A stretch of 48,240 nucleotides of DNA, filler included, from Circinaria calcarea (lineage: Eukaryota): assembly GCA_051942165.1 (NCBI GenBank). It is 2 parts of 2 records of this genome, joined end to end, with 100 filler letters (N's around TTAATTAATTAA, not from the genome) between each part and the next. Parts side by side here need not be neighbours in the genome. Positions count along the whole stretch, not along the records: positions 1 to 24,142 come from JAVECS010000112.1; 1 more part is not named here. One strand, 5' to 3'. A program made the position numbers and the translations under genes. A model generated the notes under the pieces. That model was not told the DNA's origin. It saw nothing but the letters and a program-made list of their open reading frames with translations, and did no database searches. Numbering within the stretch: position 1 is the first letter of the stretch; each line of letters begins with the position of its first letter. Below, piece after piece: positions 1 to 13,242 of this stretch.

Positions 1-88
1 GGAGATATATATATTCTTCTACGCTATGTTTTAGGGGGGGAGGGGGGAATGGTTGGAGGGAGTAGGGATGGAAAATAGGGATGACTCG

Positions 89-274
89 GCCCTTACCTAT
101 GGTTATGACGGGATTTTTTATGACGTTGGGATGATATATTCTAGAGTAGTTGACAAAAAGCTCGAAGGAGGTTTAGCTTAGCCCTTGCGTGTGGTTATGA
201 CAGGTTGGCGATGTTGGATGATATTTCTCGAGTAGTTGGAAAAAAAAAAAAAAAAAGCTCGGGGGAGTTTTAGC
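89..274. repeat. Degenerate ~92-bp tandem duplication with poly(A) expansion
   Basis: gcccttacctatggttatgac...gatgatatattctagagtagttgacaaaaagctcg (from 89) recurs as gcccttgcgtgtggttatgac...gatgatatttctcgagtagttgga(A)n gctcg (from 181). Confidence 0.7.
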
Positions 275-451
275 TCCTTTACTTAGGGGGTGTAGATCAC
301 GGTACCCATGACCGACCACGGAATTCGTGGGCATGTATGTACCTTTAGTCCCGGAAAGGGTCTCCCCTTCACTGGCGTACCTGCAGCAGGAACCTCATCT
401 CCTCACTACCTCGGTCCTTGATATTTCCTTCCCCTGTCCGTCTATCCTCAG

Positions 452-2280
452 TTACTCTTGATCCTTCTCCTCCCTATTCACTATGGGACCAAGAGCCATC
501 TCTTCACCCCTAACATCCGCTATACCTCCTTGTCCATGCAGCTGCTGCCTCCTGCGGTCGATACGCCGCTTCCAGGGTTTGTAGCAGAGGACGCTCAACG
601 CACCGAAGACGAGGAAGGAGGCGCATATTCCGCCTCCTGGCCATATATCAGTTCTGTTTTCAAATGGCAGAACTTTTCCCTTTGTCGGAAACCCCTTTTC
701 TAATATAAGATGAAAACCCACGAACCGATAACATCATAATGGTCCCCCGCGACCTGCACCCCGTCCCAAAACTTCCCTTTCGGACTCGCGACGTTGACGA
801 TGAGGGTCAGGAGCTGGAGGATTCCAATCACGAGGGCGACGACGAGGGTGACGGTGGTAAGGACGATGGAGTAGTAGAGTGTTGCAATGGGGGAGGAAGC
901 GAGGGAGGATGTGGTGTAGAGAGTTAGCATTAGGGTGGCGTCGAGTGTGTCGAGGAGACACATTCCTGCTGTTTGAAGGCAAGGATTGTTAGACCACGGT
1001 TTTTAGTTGAAAGGGTGAAGGGGGCTTGGATTCTAGACTTTGAATTGGACTATTGAAAATAGAGGAGGCTGTTGGTATCGGAACAAGAATAGAGATTATC
1101 AATCAAGGTTTGAATCTCAAACGTATTTCGTACGTTTCACGCCCTGTTCTCGGCAGTATAGTGGTGATAGACTTACCAGTGAAGAGTATTGGAAAGATAA
1201 GAATTAGCCATATGCTTGTACCTTTGGCGCCCTGTATGGAGGAAATGCCCAACAGAGCGACCTCAGATGAAGTATCGAACCCAAGGCCGAACATGACGCC
1301 GAGAGGATACATCTTCCAAGGCCTTGTAGTCCTAAAGTCAGCTACCAATTGTCCTCGACCGCTTAGCAAAGATCACCGACCGATCGATCAGTTTAAACAT
1401 TTTCTTCAACAGGGAGAACAGACACCCGGCTCCTTTTAGTTCGAACCCTTGCTCCTCCTCTACAGTTGAGGCGATAAGAAGCTTCATCTGCTGGACAAGC
1501 TTATATAAAATGTACAGATTCATGACCCCAAGAATAATGAGGAAGCCGGCGGATATTGACGTGCCGACAATGCCGCCTACTCTGCTGAAGGCACCAAATT
1601 TGGAGCTGATGGCTGAGGCGGTCGCAGCAACAACGATAGATGTAACGATAACTATCCTGATTGCACGCGGTTGTTTAGCATTTCAGGCGTTCCATCTGGT
1701 TTCTGTAGCTTCAATCCTAAGCAGTAATGAAGCAAGGACGAACGTCGAGTGTCCCAATGAGAAGTATGTTCCAACAGTCACTGGGCGTTGCCCGGAGGCT
1801 ATCAGTCTCCGGGTCATGAGATCAATGGCCTGTTTGGCACGAATCAGTAAGTCTCCAAGAAGGAGAATCGACACAGTTCTTACAGCAATGTGGTCGGCGT
1901 CAAGGGCATCTGAGCTAGTGCGTCAGCTCTTAGAAGCGTCTCGAGTAGGGCAATGCCTCCGTACGTCTTAATCCTAGGGTATAAGATAGGACAGCGGTAG
2001 ATACAAGTGCTCTATCATCAATAAGACGGCGTACTTGGCAGAAGAGGAGCCGACCACTTCACCCATGATAATGCTAGAGATAGGAAGTCAGAATGAACAA
2101 GTCTCAATCGAGGATTCCGGAACTGGAACATCGTACCAAGACGATCCCGGCAGCGACCCATACAACAGCATTTACAAAGGCAACCAAGGAGATCATCACA
2201 ATAGCAGGAAAAGGGAAATTGCGTATCCCAGGCGTCCTACCATGATATTCAAGTGCGCGATTTTTGACCCTCGAGAACAT
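452..2280 (-). CDS. nic1: High-affinity nickel/cobalt transporter (NiCoT family), multi-exon
   Basis: Spliced signature RHALDADHI (split by an intron at ~1911-1965), plus [28 protein letters not shown] and many TM segments across ORFs 2104-2301, 1683-1874, 1338-1523, 1103-1369, 700-963 and 452-721. Start ATG at 2280 is the best guess. Confidence 0.92.
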
Positions 2281-2845
2281 GGTACCGTGAGAGTACGACA
2301 AATATGTTGAGGATGATTAACAGAACTCATTCTGAACCGGTTATATGAAGGGCATAACGTCATGGCGACAATCCGACCAGTCTAGCGTTTTCATCACATT
2401 TACTTCAACTACGAGATTGAAAGGTCTTTAACGAGAACGCAGGGCGGTGGATAGAAAAAGTAGTGAACAGGGAAAGGGAACAGAATGATGAAGAGACTCC
2501 ATAGGTCTCTTGCTATCAACAATCAACGGTCAAGGGGCGATTGAACGGCCTCCACGCACACACACATATGCACACACAGAATCTGTTGCCAGCAAGAGCA
2601 AGTAACCCAGTTTGAGTGACAGCGAGGGCTGCATGAACAAAACTATAACTACACGGTGCTCAGTCCCGCCTTTCAAGAATGTGCCAATAGCCTCCTTAAA
2701 CAGCGCTTACGACAGGACCAGGTCCATCTGACGTCCTATGCATCGAGCCCATTGCATATAACCCTCACCAGCCCAAAATGCTTCACCAAACGCCGAACCA
2801 CATTCAAGGAACAAACATCAAGTGGAAAGGGTGGCATTCCCTATG

Positions 2846-5800
2846 CTATGAAAGGAATCTCTTCTTCGATTTGCCCCGCTCCACCCCTGGCCTCGAACTC
2901 GCCATCTCCCCGTACCTTCCCCTTTCTCTCGTAGTATCGTAAGCTTGCAACACCCTCGTCTGACTCTCGTCCGCCTGACTAAACGCATAACCCCTTTGCT
3001 TCCTCATCCTCTGCACCTGCCTCACCTTGCGGATGGCCTTCTGGAACTGCTCCATCCGTGGCCGGTAATCCTGGATGTTGTACTTTTGGATTTCTTGCAC
3101 GTGATGGTACGCTTGTGGCCGATACATTCTCTTGGCATACTTCCACGCAATGTCGCGGATCAGGCAGAGAACGGGAAGAACAAGAGCCATGAGCCAGAAG
3201 ACGGGGGATGTAAAGAGGCGGGGCGTAACACCTTCGTATTCGGTTGAGAAACCGAGTTTGGGTGCCACAGTGGCGTAGACGGGGATGAAAGCGAGCCAGA
3301 TGACCATGCTTCCTGGAATGGCAAGGAACGTCCACTTCGTCCAGATATTGGTGACGAGTGCGGCCTTTCCAAGGACAGTAGCGAGCACGCTGGTATAAAG
3401 CGCTGTGCCCCAGACCCAATGACCCGCGACTTTGCCGTCACCTTGGGGTAGGTCCCAGAACCAGATTAACTCGGACACAATGTAGAGAATCAGAGAATGG
3501 TAGAAGCCATTCAGGATCCAGGAGAAGAAAGAATGCATTTTGAAGAACACGCCTTTTTGGCCGAGTTGGTAGAGCTGGGGGTAGCGATCGAGAAGACGCG
3601 CGGATATGAATTGGTCGAAGATGCCCATGGCAACTGGGGGGAAGACGGTGAAGAAGACATTATAGAAAGAGAGGGTCCAGGATTCGAAGATGACCTGACC
3701 GGAAAAAGAGTTTTGAAAAGAGTACTAGCTATTGTCAGCAGGTTCTCCTTAGGAGTCAGGAGGATGACTTACCCAAAATTGAGTCATGTACAAAGCAATA
3801 TTCTTGTAAAACGAATAGAGGATGACCTTGGATACACGCTGATAACTCCATGCTCCATGAACAAGTAATAGTTTTCGAAGAAAGCGGAATTGACCGATGG
3901 CCACGTCGGCGCTCCTTGCTGCTTGTAACCCTTCTACTCCACTGATGCCGACACCGACATGTGCTGCTTGAATCATTGAGACGTCGTTTGCCCCATCACC
4001 GATAGCGAGTAAGATGGCCTTGAGACGTCGTTTAACCAACTTTACAACCAGAGCCTTCTGCAACGGCGATACCCGGCTAAAGCTTTATCAGCAGTTGATA
4101 TTATATCTGGACCAAATCATACGTACCAGCAAATCACTGCTTTGCACATTACTGCTAAGTCGAGGAACATTACCTCCATGTCTTTCTCCAGTGCATATGT
4201 CAGGGACTTCCCATCAATGACTAAAGCCATTGTCTCCATCTCCATACCGCCAGAAGATTGGCTACGAATTGCATCTAGTTTCTTTGAAAGATTCTCTCTC
4301 GTAGCTGCTGAGTTATCTTCATTCACCACTAGCAAAGTCATATCCTCACTGATTAGCTTGCAACTCATCCCGATGTTAATAGCAGTCTCCTGCCTATCAC
4401 CGGTAAGCACCCAGATTTTTATACCCGCTGTTTGTAGTGTATGGATTGTGTCGGGGACACCATCCTGCAACCTATCCTCGATTGCAGTTGCACCGAGTAA
4501 GAAGAAGTCATGTTCAATGATTTCTGCAGCTTTGTCCAGCTCTTCGGCGCGATTACCACTAACTGTGGTATTGGCTTTCTCGAACACTTGAAACCACTCC
4601 TGAAACTCTTGCTCTGGAATCTCCCGCATAGCAAGACATAGGGTTCGAAGTCCTTCTGTAGCGTAATCCTCTAAATGCTGGAGAGTTGACTCGATTACTG
4701 GGTTATCCTTTCCCAGGCGCTCGAGAATAACGGTGTCTGCTCCCTTGCAATAGCACCGTATCTTGCCATCGGGACACCTAAATATGGTGGACATCCGCTT
4801 TCGGGTAGAGTTGAACTCCAATACTGCCAAGAGTTCATACTCGAATTCTTGACCATCGACGAGAATTTTTACAGCACGCGGCTTTCGTGCAATAAATCTG
4901 TAGCCTAGCATGACGGCACCCTCGACCAGGGCACCTTCGTCCGGAGACGCTGCTTGATACTTGATCTCGCCGGGCTTCTCGTCCCTCCTTTCGGGAATGA
5001 CGGTATGACAGGTTGCCAGAAGTGCCAAGAAATGGTGAATTGCCGTCCGGCTTGGATGTGTCTTCAGGTTCTCCCGTAGTTTATTGAAGTTATGGACGCC
5101 AACTCCTTCTCCATCCTCCTCGGTTGCCCGCTTGTCTTCAGGAACGTCATCAGCGTACTGTATACCACCAATAGAACATTGTTTGAATTCCATCATGTTA
5201 CATGTAAGCGTGCCCGTCTTGTCCGAGAAAATGTATTCAATTTGTCCCAACTCTTCAACAAGCGATGAGGTGCGGCAAATTGCCGCCGTGTCTGTTTTAT
5301 CGTAGTAAATATCAAGATCGGAGTTGATAAGGAACGCGTGATAATACTTGACACCTTCAATCGTGACGAAAAGCGAAATCGGAACAAGGTTGGAGTAAAG
5401 AACCCAGTAAGTGAAAATGTCGGAGAAGAACTGCTTGGCACCATTGGTATTCCCGTAGTAGAGGTATGCGAGCTTCTGCTGGGCTGTTCCCCTTACAATG
5501 AGATCACCCACGGAGCTGATGATACTGAGCGAAACCAAAATCGCCACCAACATCAGAATTTGGATGTTCACCCTTCGTTCAACGGCAGTTCGCTTGATTG
5601 GCGTAGCTGTTGCATTGCGCATAAGCTTCGTCTCATGGCCTGTGAAGACTACTATGCCATGAACCCATGGTGTATTTCGTAATGTCGCCCCTCGCAACAG
5701 TAACTGATCTGGGGCCAACGGCAACTCCTTTTCTCCTCCACCTGCGAGCATGGTCAATGTAGCCTCATAAGTATACAAGCTACTGTTGGGTTGCTCCGAC

Positions 5801-7053
5801 CGAACACGTCCTGTAAGTCGACTGAGCTCACTGGGACTAACTAGATTGGCGGTCTCGGGTATGGCTTGTTTTATCTTTAGATTCGTCTCCCCGTCAAGAT
5901 TGGCGGTTTCGATATAGCAAAGTCCCTCTGGCTCAGAGCTTGCTAATAAGACTAGATCGGCGGGAAACGACTCTTCGGACTCAACCCTGACGATATCCCC
6001 GACAGCCACATTCACCCATTTTGAACTTTGGAAGCTCGTACCCTTAAGGACCTGGGCTTTCGAGTAGTTCAGCGACTTATCCGAGGATTTTCGTTTGTAG
6101 TCCTCGACCAGCTCCTTCCCCGCTGATACTAAAAGTACAATAGCCAATGGTACAATGGTGGTATAGCGATTTGTGGGGGAAATGTTTGGTATCTGCTGCA
6201 AAATTGCGGTGAATAAGAAGAATAAGTTGGCGTACTTTGAGAATTGCTCGAATAGGAATTTCGGTAAGAACGTGGCGATGTTGTACTTGGCTGTCGAGAC
6301 ATGATTATCGACATAACGATTCGCAGCATTTGCTGGGGGATTATTGAGGTGTATGATTCTCGGGCCCAAGGTTGACGGATCTGGCTTGCCTCTTCCAAAC
6401 CCAAATTTGAAGCTCCCGGTATTGACTGCTTTAGGCTCTGATTTTTTGTTGTGTCCTCCTGTAGAGCCACTATCCATCCTAGATGCCCTCACCCCAGCTT
6501 CTGTTAATGGCAAATCCATCTCAGAGTATTTTGGGCCCCGTCCGAGCATAGCCTTTGCCCTGCCCATGATTCCTCCACCCAGGCTAAGTACGCTGTTTCT
6601 TTGCCTATGTCCTTTCCCTGCCAACATTTCGGCACCAGGTGTGATACTGCCATCATCGGGTCTACTCGTATGGTAGTAGCTTCGGTCATCATCCGGAAGG
6701 TCATCAATGTCTGAATATCTTTGGTAATTGTTTAGGCCTGATGTCTGAGAGTATGTGCGGTTGGTGCCAGCACCAAGGTATGGAGGTCGAAGAAGCCCCC
6801 CTGGTTGCGCGCCTGGCCCACCGGGGAGATCTGCCCTGCTGTTTTGTGTACCAACGAAATCATCGTATGAAGTTGAAGGGCGAGGTTGCGGCGTTTCCGA
6901 GTCGTCTATGTTAAACCGTCGCAAGAGCTGGTCGTCGTTGACTGGAGGACGCTGACCATCATTATAGACCGGGTTCGACTCTTCGAGGTCTAGCAGCAAG
7001 TCGTTGTTCCTCGACACTGGCTGTTGGTTGCTGCCCGGCGGCTTGCCAGCCAT
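2846..7053 (-). CDS. DRS2: P4-ATPase phospholipid flippase, Drs2/DnfB orthologue (3 exons)
   Basis: DGETNLK, PISL, DKTGTLT phosphorylation site, TGD, GDGAND and C-terminal GYAFSQ motif; introns near 4079-4124 and 3727-3772. Confidence 0.96.
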
Positions 7054-7664
7054 ACCGGTTATGCGCTTTGCGCCAGACTGCCAGTGATGAGAGTTTCAGT
7101 TACGGCACAATCAAGAGCTTGAATGTTGTGTGGAGATTCAAATTGTCCTGTAGGAAGTAACTCGTCTTCGTGGTGAGCGAGAAATATCATGCCATAGTCG
7201 TCGTGTGCTGACTGCAGACAAACCGCAGCGAAAGACGGGTACGTAACGTTGTTCCCCCAGCCACGCCGTTCACTGTTTTGCCTCTCGGAGCACTCTACTA
7301 TTTGCATACGGGCAGTCCTACGCCGTGCTGTATACTACAAATCAATTCCACCGACTACTCCCCCGGACTACAAGCACAACTCAATGCATGAAGATTTGTA
7401 AACGACGTGAACGGGTTTCTGTTTCATTGCGGATCGGCAACGATTGCCTGTAACGTCGTGAAGAAGCAAATTTAGAAAAGGGAAAATCAATCTAGCAGGG
7501 TTTCGAGAAGCGCTTCCGAGCCTCCGATAGCCGCGATCCGGGGCGGTACATTTTAATATTGGACTACCTTTGGACGAAGTACAGGGTATGTTCTGTAAAG
7601 ATATCGAATTCACAGTCTCCGGCAGCGCAGGACAGGCTATTTCCAACATCGCCAGTCTTCGGAG

Positions 7665-8161
7665 ATGGTCTGCGCAAAGTGCCAAAAGGTCCAGAAGAAG
7701 ACTGAACTTGCCACACCGGGTGTAAGGCGCAAGAATGACATGTATTATGGTTCTCCGTCATCCTCGACGTCTGGTAAGAATACGGGGAGTAAGCCTTCGG
7801 CGACATTGGGAAACACAGGTGTCGGGAAAGTAGGAAACCCTGTTGTATCTCTCTGTATGACAACAGAATGCTGATGTTAGAGGACAGAGCAAGTTGCTAA
7901 GCAAAAGTGCGAAAAACCCATACGCGGCATACTCCAGCTCATGTACAACCTGCAAAACAAAGACGGAACAGGGAAGAACATATTGTCAGCGGTGCGCATA
8001 CAAAGCCAACGGTATGTTCTTGCAGAGGATGACTTGATGCGTGCCGGGACAGTTCGCTGACTGGATGTGCAGCGTGTGCAATGTGCGGAAAGAGTCTGAG
8101 TAAAGAGAAAACAACAGATAGTGCACCAGTCATTCAAGGGCAGAAGTTTTCTGCCAAGTAG
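7665..8161 (+). CDS. CRIPT: Cysteine-rich PDZ-binding protein (CRIPT family), 3 exons
   Basis: MVCAKCQK...SKLLSKSAKNPYAAYSSSCTTCKTKTEQGRTYCQRCAYKAN|ACAMCGK...QGQKFSAK*; four CxxC pairs as in CRIPT. Confidence 0.88.
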
Positions 8162-9416
8162 GCCTTCACCATCTGTTACGCAGAACGGAGAAATAAACCT
8201 GCCTACGCCTTCATTAAAAGCATAGAATGGGAGATTTACCTTCCAAGCCAGGGGTTCCCTATCGCAAAGTTTCGGGGGGGAGTATGAGCAAGCAAGGAGG
8301 ACCGGGCTGCTGAAGAACAGGGATAAGTGACTGTTTCGATATTCGATTTCCAAGTTGAATTCTCGATCTGCCTCACGGTACACAACCCTACGCTGCTTAT
8401 GGAGATGTATGACAGGCACAGCTTTTAAGTGTCCAGACAATATGCTTTTGCCAAGCACCTTCTGTGTCCGGAGACTTAGAATCGCCCCTGTCGTATGAAG
8501 CTGTACCGTACACCAGCTGGGCCTCGGAAGTGACTGTCTTAGATACAGTTCACACAGCCAAGGTTTCGAAGGTTTCAAGAGCAAGTCGAGTCTGTTGGGA
8601 GACGTTCTAGTATGAAAATCAACTACCCTTAGGTTAGTCGCGTTGTCCGATCATCACGAGTGTAAGGTCACCAATGCATATATGTCCTACTTGTTTGCAA
8701 ATCCAACGAGTAATCTAGAAAAACCACCATCATTTCAACTTATCCCCGTTACGGCACCTAACAACTAACTCTTTGCCGCGAACCCAAAGCCTCCATACAC
8801 CCCGGCAACACATCCCTCCCGGCCCTTTACACTCAGCACATCCCTGACCGTAACATCAAAAGAGATCAATCTCCCCAAGTCCCTTAAAACTACAAACTCC
8901 CTCCATTCCCAAATCAGTACAGTGTACGATATCAAGCCGTCCATCCTCGTCTGATCTGTTATGCCCCTTTTTCCAAGCTTCCATTCGGCGCGCGATCCTC
9001 GGATAGATTTGGGCCTTTTCGGGGAAAGGCTAGGGCAGAGAACTCAGGAAATTGGAGAGTGGTGCATGATGGGCTGAAACCGGGGAGCTTTAAGTTTATT
9101 TTTGGGGAGTGAGGTGATGGGATATGAGACAGTCGGGATAGCGAGAAGGGACGGACTTGAAATTTGGGGGCATGTAGAGTGGGCGTTTGAAAGGAGTAGA
9201 CTTCTTGCTAGGTGACAGTATTTGGGTGCTTGTTACGTTTGTTCCACTAGAGACGTCAGGTGTGCAATATTGAGCGAAATAGATTCTGGCCGCGAGACAA
9301 AAAGCACTGGAAATTCTGCTCATATGCATTCCTGAAGCATAGACGGACAGGGTATAGCCAATATGGTACAATCAACCAAACACTATACACGGCCTTGGAC
9401 CCTGTCTATCCCCTTA

Positions 9417-10558
9417 CTACCGCTCAGCCAACATATGCCGCACACTGTTCCAGTACTGCGGATGGACCTCCTTCTGTACCTCCTCCTTAGCTAGCCACTT
9501 AAAGTCCGCCAGGCCAAGCTTATTATCCTTTAGAATCGCTTGGCCAGCCATGATCCGCGCCTTCATGAAAAACGTCTTCTCGCCCAATCGCTCCACCTTC
9601 TTTTCTTCATCGATAACGCGGTTTGCATAGTTGAGATTGTGATGGCCAACTGGCGCGTTGCCGACTACCCACGTGTTCATGTTCAAGCCCCCAGCTTGTA
9701 CCAGGATCCGTTCCGCTGCCTGCGAGTATCGTATTAGCAAGGAATAGCTACCAGCTTTTATAGGAGAGCAAACCCTCTGTAAACTCTCCCCCCCTACCAA
9801 TCTTGAGCACGGAAACTTCCAGCTTCCCCCCCCGCTCTTCACAACCAGGTACAATGTCCTCGCCAACGCCCTGTTCAGACTCCGCACGTCCCCCGTCTTA
9901 TCCGCCTCCGTTACCCGCGGCATCGGCCTCTCCACTTTCTCCCTCTTCACCGCCTGCTCCTCCTCGGTTCCCGTGCCAAGCACCTCCGTATCGCGTATTA
10001 GCGCCTCCACCTGCTCTTCCGGCTCGCTCTCCTTGGCTCCAACAAGCAGTTCGTCGTTCCAGCCCTCGTCCCCGTAAGCGTTGTAGACACCTATGTCTCT
10101 CGCGGGAGTCTTTCGCTCTTTGATCTTCCGTTTCCAGTCGAGGTCTGCGGGCGTGTCCTTTTGGTAGTAGAAGTAGCGCGTGAAGGGGAGGGCAAGTCGT
10201 TCGTTGAGACGGCGCTGGTAGAGGAAGTAGGCTTTTTCGAAGGGGGTGAGGTCGCGCGTTAGGAGGGGAGGGCGAGAAAGGACCACGCCGGCTTTGATTT
10301 CATAGGCTGTGCGGGGAGAGGTCGTGGCGGTAACGGGTGGGATGTGCTGTGTTGGTGATTTGGGCTCTGCTGCCACTGCAACGGTCGCAGAAGACGCATG
10401 GCGTCGGCGAATAGCTGCAAGGCAACTTTTGCATATGCCCTGGTCGAGAGTGGATGGTCCTGATGCTGTTAGTGGTACAAAGCGCTATTTGTACTATAGG
10501 AGACAACTATACTTATGTAAGAGGTAGCACGGCGACTGGCAGTATATCCTCGTGTCAT
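9417..10558 (-). CDS. MRPL17: Mitochondrial large-subunit ribosomal protein mL46 (yeast MrpL17)
   Basis: IKAGVVLSRPP, RLALPFTRYFYY, RVTEADKTGDVRSLNRAL, WVVGNAPVGH, KTFFMKARIMAGQ. An Arg/Ser-rich presequence exon (MTRGYTASRRATSYI) starts at 10558 and splices in frame. Confidence 0.9.
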
Positions 10559-10726
10559 TATAATTAGACCTGACCTAGATGCTTGAGGCAATCCAATTGA
10601 GGAAGTTTATGTGCCCAAGGAATTCGTCTTTGGGGATAAGGAGTGGCTAAACTACTTTGGGCAGAGTGCCTTGCATCACCAAACTTTTCACGATTCTGCA
10701 CCAACAATGCAGTCTGAAAAGATCAG

Positions 10727-12469
10727 ATGAGAAAGGTTGTGGTCACAGGATTAGGAGCAGTAACACCATTAGGACTTGGTATGTTCAAGAAAATATTCAT
10801 AATTCTGACATTTTCTTTGGCTTACATTGCCAGGCGTGCGGCGCTCGTGGAAGCGGTTGTTAGAGGGGGAATGCGGTATCACGTCTCTCCGAGATAGAGG
10901 GCCTGCATTTCAGCAGCTGCAATGCCAGGTAGCGGGAACTGTCCCACTGGGAGGGAAAGATGGTGGTGGTTGGACAGCCAGTGACTGGCTGAGCCGTCAT
11001 GTATGAATGGATAGATTGATTCTCAAACTCACATATCATAATTTGAAGCTAATCATTTCAGGATGAGCGTTATATGTCAAGATACATGCAGTATGCGATA
11101 TTTGCTGCCAAAGAAGCTTTAGATGATGCAGACTGGCATCCTCAAGACTTCCATGGCAAGACGGCGACCGTTAGTTTTTCCACTTTCATCGTTATTTTAA
11201 CTTACTGTTTTACAGGGGGTATGTCTTGGCTCCGGAATTGGCAGCTTCGAAGATGTTTATAACACCTCTCTTGCTTTTGCCCAAAAGGTCTGCTATCTTA
11301 TAGTATTCCCTTACCACCCTTACCACCCTAACCCCTGAATCAGGGGCCAAAGAAAGTCTCCTCCCTTTTTGTCCCTCGTCTCCTCATCAATCTCGCTGCT
11401 GGACACATTTCAATGAAATACGGCTTCATGGTACCCGCCCTCAATCTTCATTCAAACTGCCTCGAATTCTAATCTGATGTAGGGCCCTAATCATGCTGTC
11501 AGTACAGCTTGTACTACTGGAGCACATTCCATTGGGGATGCAGCTCGCTTCATATCTTGCGGTGATGCAGATGTGATGGTAGCCGGTGGTGCTGAGTCCT
11601 GCATCCATCCTCTCGCGATTGCCGGTTTCGAGCGGTCGAGAAGTCTTACTACTTCTTCAAATGAAGCCCCTCATCTTGCATCTAGGCCGTTCAGTCGTGA
11701 TAGGGATGGCTTTGTTATGGGTGAGGGAGCAGGTGTATTGGTTCTCGAGGTAAATTTTCGCTACAACCATTAGATGCACCGAAACCAGGCTTCTCTACAC
11801 ATAACCTTTGAATCGAACACCGGGTAAGCTGGTTGGGCTAACTTCCATAAGGAATTATCTCACGCCCTCGACCGTCAAGCACCTATCTATGCTCAACTTT
11901 CCTCGTCCGCTTATACATCCGATGCCCACCACCCAACACACCCTCCATCGGACGGTGAAGGCGCCTTCCGATCAATGGCTCTGGCCCTTTCAAAGGCTCA
12001 AATCGCCCCCTCAAACGTCGATTACATTAACACTCACGCCACCTCTACCATTTTGGGCGACGCCGCCGAGAATAGGGCAATCTCGAAGCTCATGCTAGGT
12101 GAAGGGTCGGAGAGGCGGCCAGAGGAGGTTTGTGTAAGCGCGACCAAAGGGGGAACGGGGCATCTGCTGGGAGCGGCGGGGGCTGTAGAGGCAATTTGGT
12201 CGGTGTGCGCCATCAAAGACGTGGGTCTCCTTTCCCTTTATTTACTTCCTGTTAGACTTCGAAGGCGTTGCATGAGCACCTATAGCTGACTCTTGAGACA
12301 GAATGTTGTTCCTCCAACACTGAATTTGATAGGAGTTGATAGAGATGAGTTCCCCTTCAACTACGTTCCACTAGTAAAGCAAGAGCGGAAAGTCGACGTG
12401 GTTCTCTCGAATAGCTTTGGATTCGGCGGCACCAACGCTACCCTATGTTTTACTAGATATAAGAAGTAG
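10727..12469 (+). CDS. CEM1: Mitochondrial 3-oxoacyl-ACP synthase (KAS II-type; Cem1/OXSM), multi-exon
   Basis: [31 protein letters not shown] (catalytic Cys), [44 protein letters not shown]. Confidence 0.93.
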
Positions 12470-13242
12470 CTAGAACGGGCCTCTTCCAAGAAGCTCGTTT
12501 AGAAAATATAGGTGGTTAATGTACCAATAATGTTGCCAATTGCTTCCCAAGCTCCCTAGCCTCGGAAAGCTCAGTGCAGCTTGTCTGCCAAGCCTGTGAA
12601 CGGCATTTTACGAACTAAATGCACCGTATTCAAGCAGTAAATAGGACTTGGTGGGATTTCGAGTTATAGTACACTAGAGTGCAGCCTCGTTCGAGATCAA
12701 AGCACACAGGCATACAGCATCAACCAAAGTTTTAAAGACGATGAAAGCGTTTCACTCTCCAAGGTATCTACCGTCTTTTCTTGGTTAGGAGAGATGAGTA
12801 AGTACTTATAATCGCGTTCTAATGGTATCTCGTAAGCTTACCATGGCTTGCTTCTTTCCCTGTTATACCTCAGGAACAGTAGAAATTCAAAAAGCTTGGC
12901 ATGCTCGCCTACTAATTCTTAAAGTGCACGCAGAGTTCCAAGGGACGCTTAAATACTCTCTATCAAAGGAATTCTTCATACTTTCCATACTTAAAACCAA
13001 ATCATATTGTCCCTGATAGGATAAAGCTGCAATTTCCTGATAAGAGTATGGGTTACACGTCCGAGGGTGATGCCATTTGATCCAATCACACCACCAACAG
13101 CCGGGTGGCTCTTATGTACTATAATGATGGACGCCCTAGTGACGGAAACCACCTCCATTGATACCCTTATATATATCTGCTGACTGCCATTCTTGTGGCA
13201 ATTGGGGAATGATTACTTTCATATGCCTATTTTAAATACGTC

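Noticed and set aside
7877..8584. 235-aa minus-strand ORF
   Set aside because: Antisense to CRIPT exons and 3' region, TTG start, no recognisable motifs.
8765..9371. Possible small or decayed gene between CRIPT and MRPL17 (91-aa ORF plus a 59-aa frame ending CVAGVYGGFGFAAKS)
   Set aside because: The frames do not join through convincing splice sites and no family is recognisable, so a call cannot be supported.
11310..11335. Telomere-like ccttaccacccttaccaccctaaccc
   Set aside because: Short pyrimidine-rich intron sequence containing the CTAAC branch site of a CEM1 intron; not a telomeric array.
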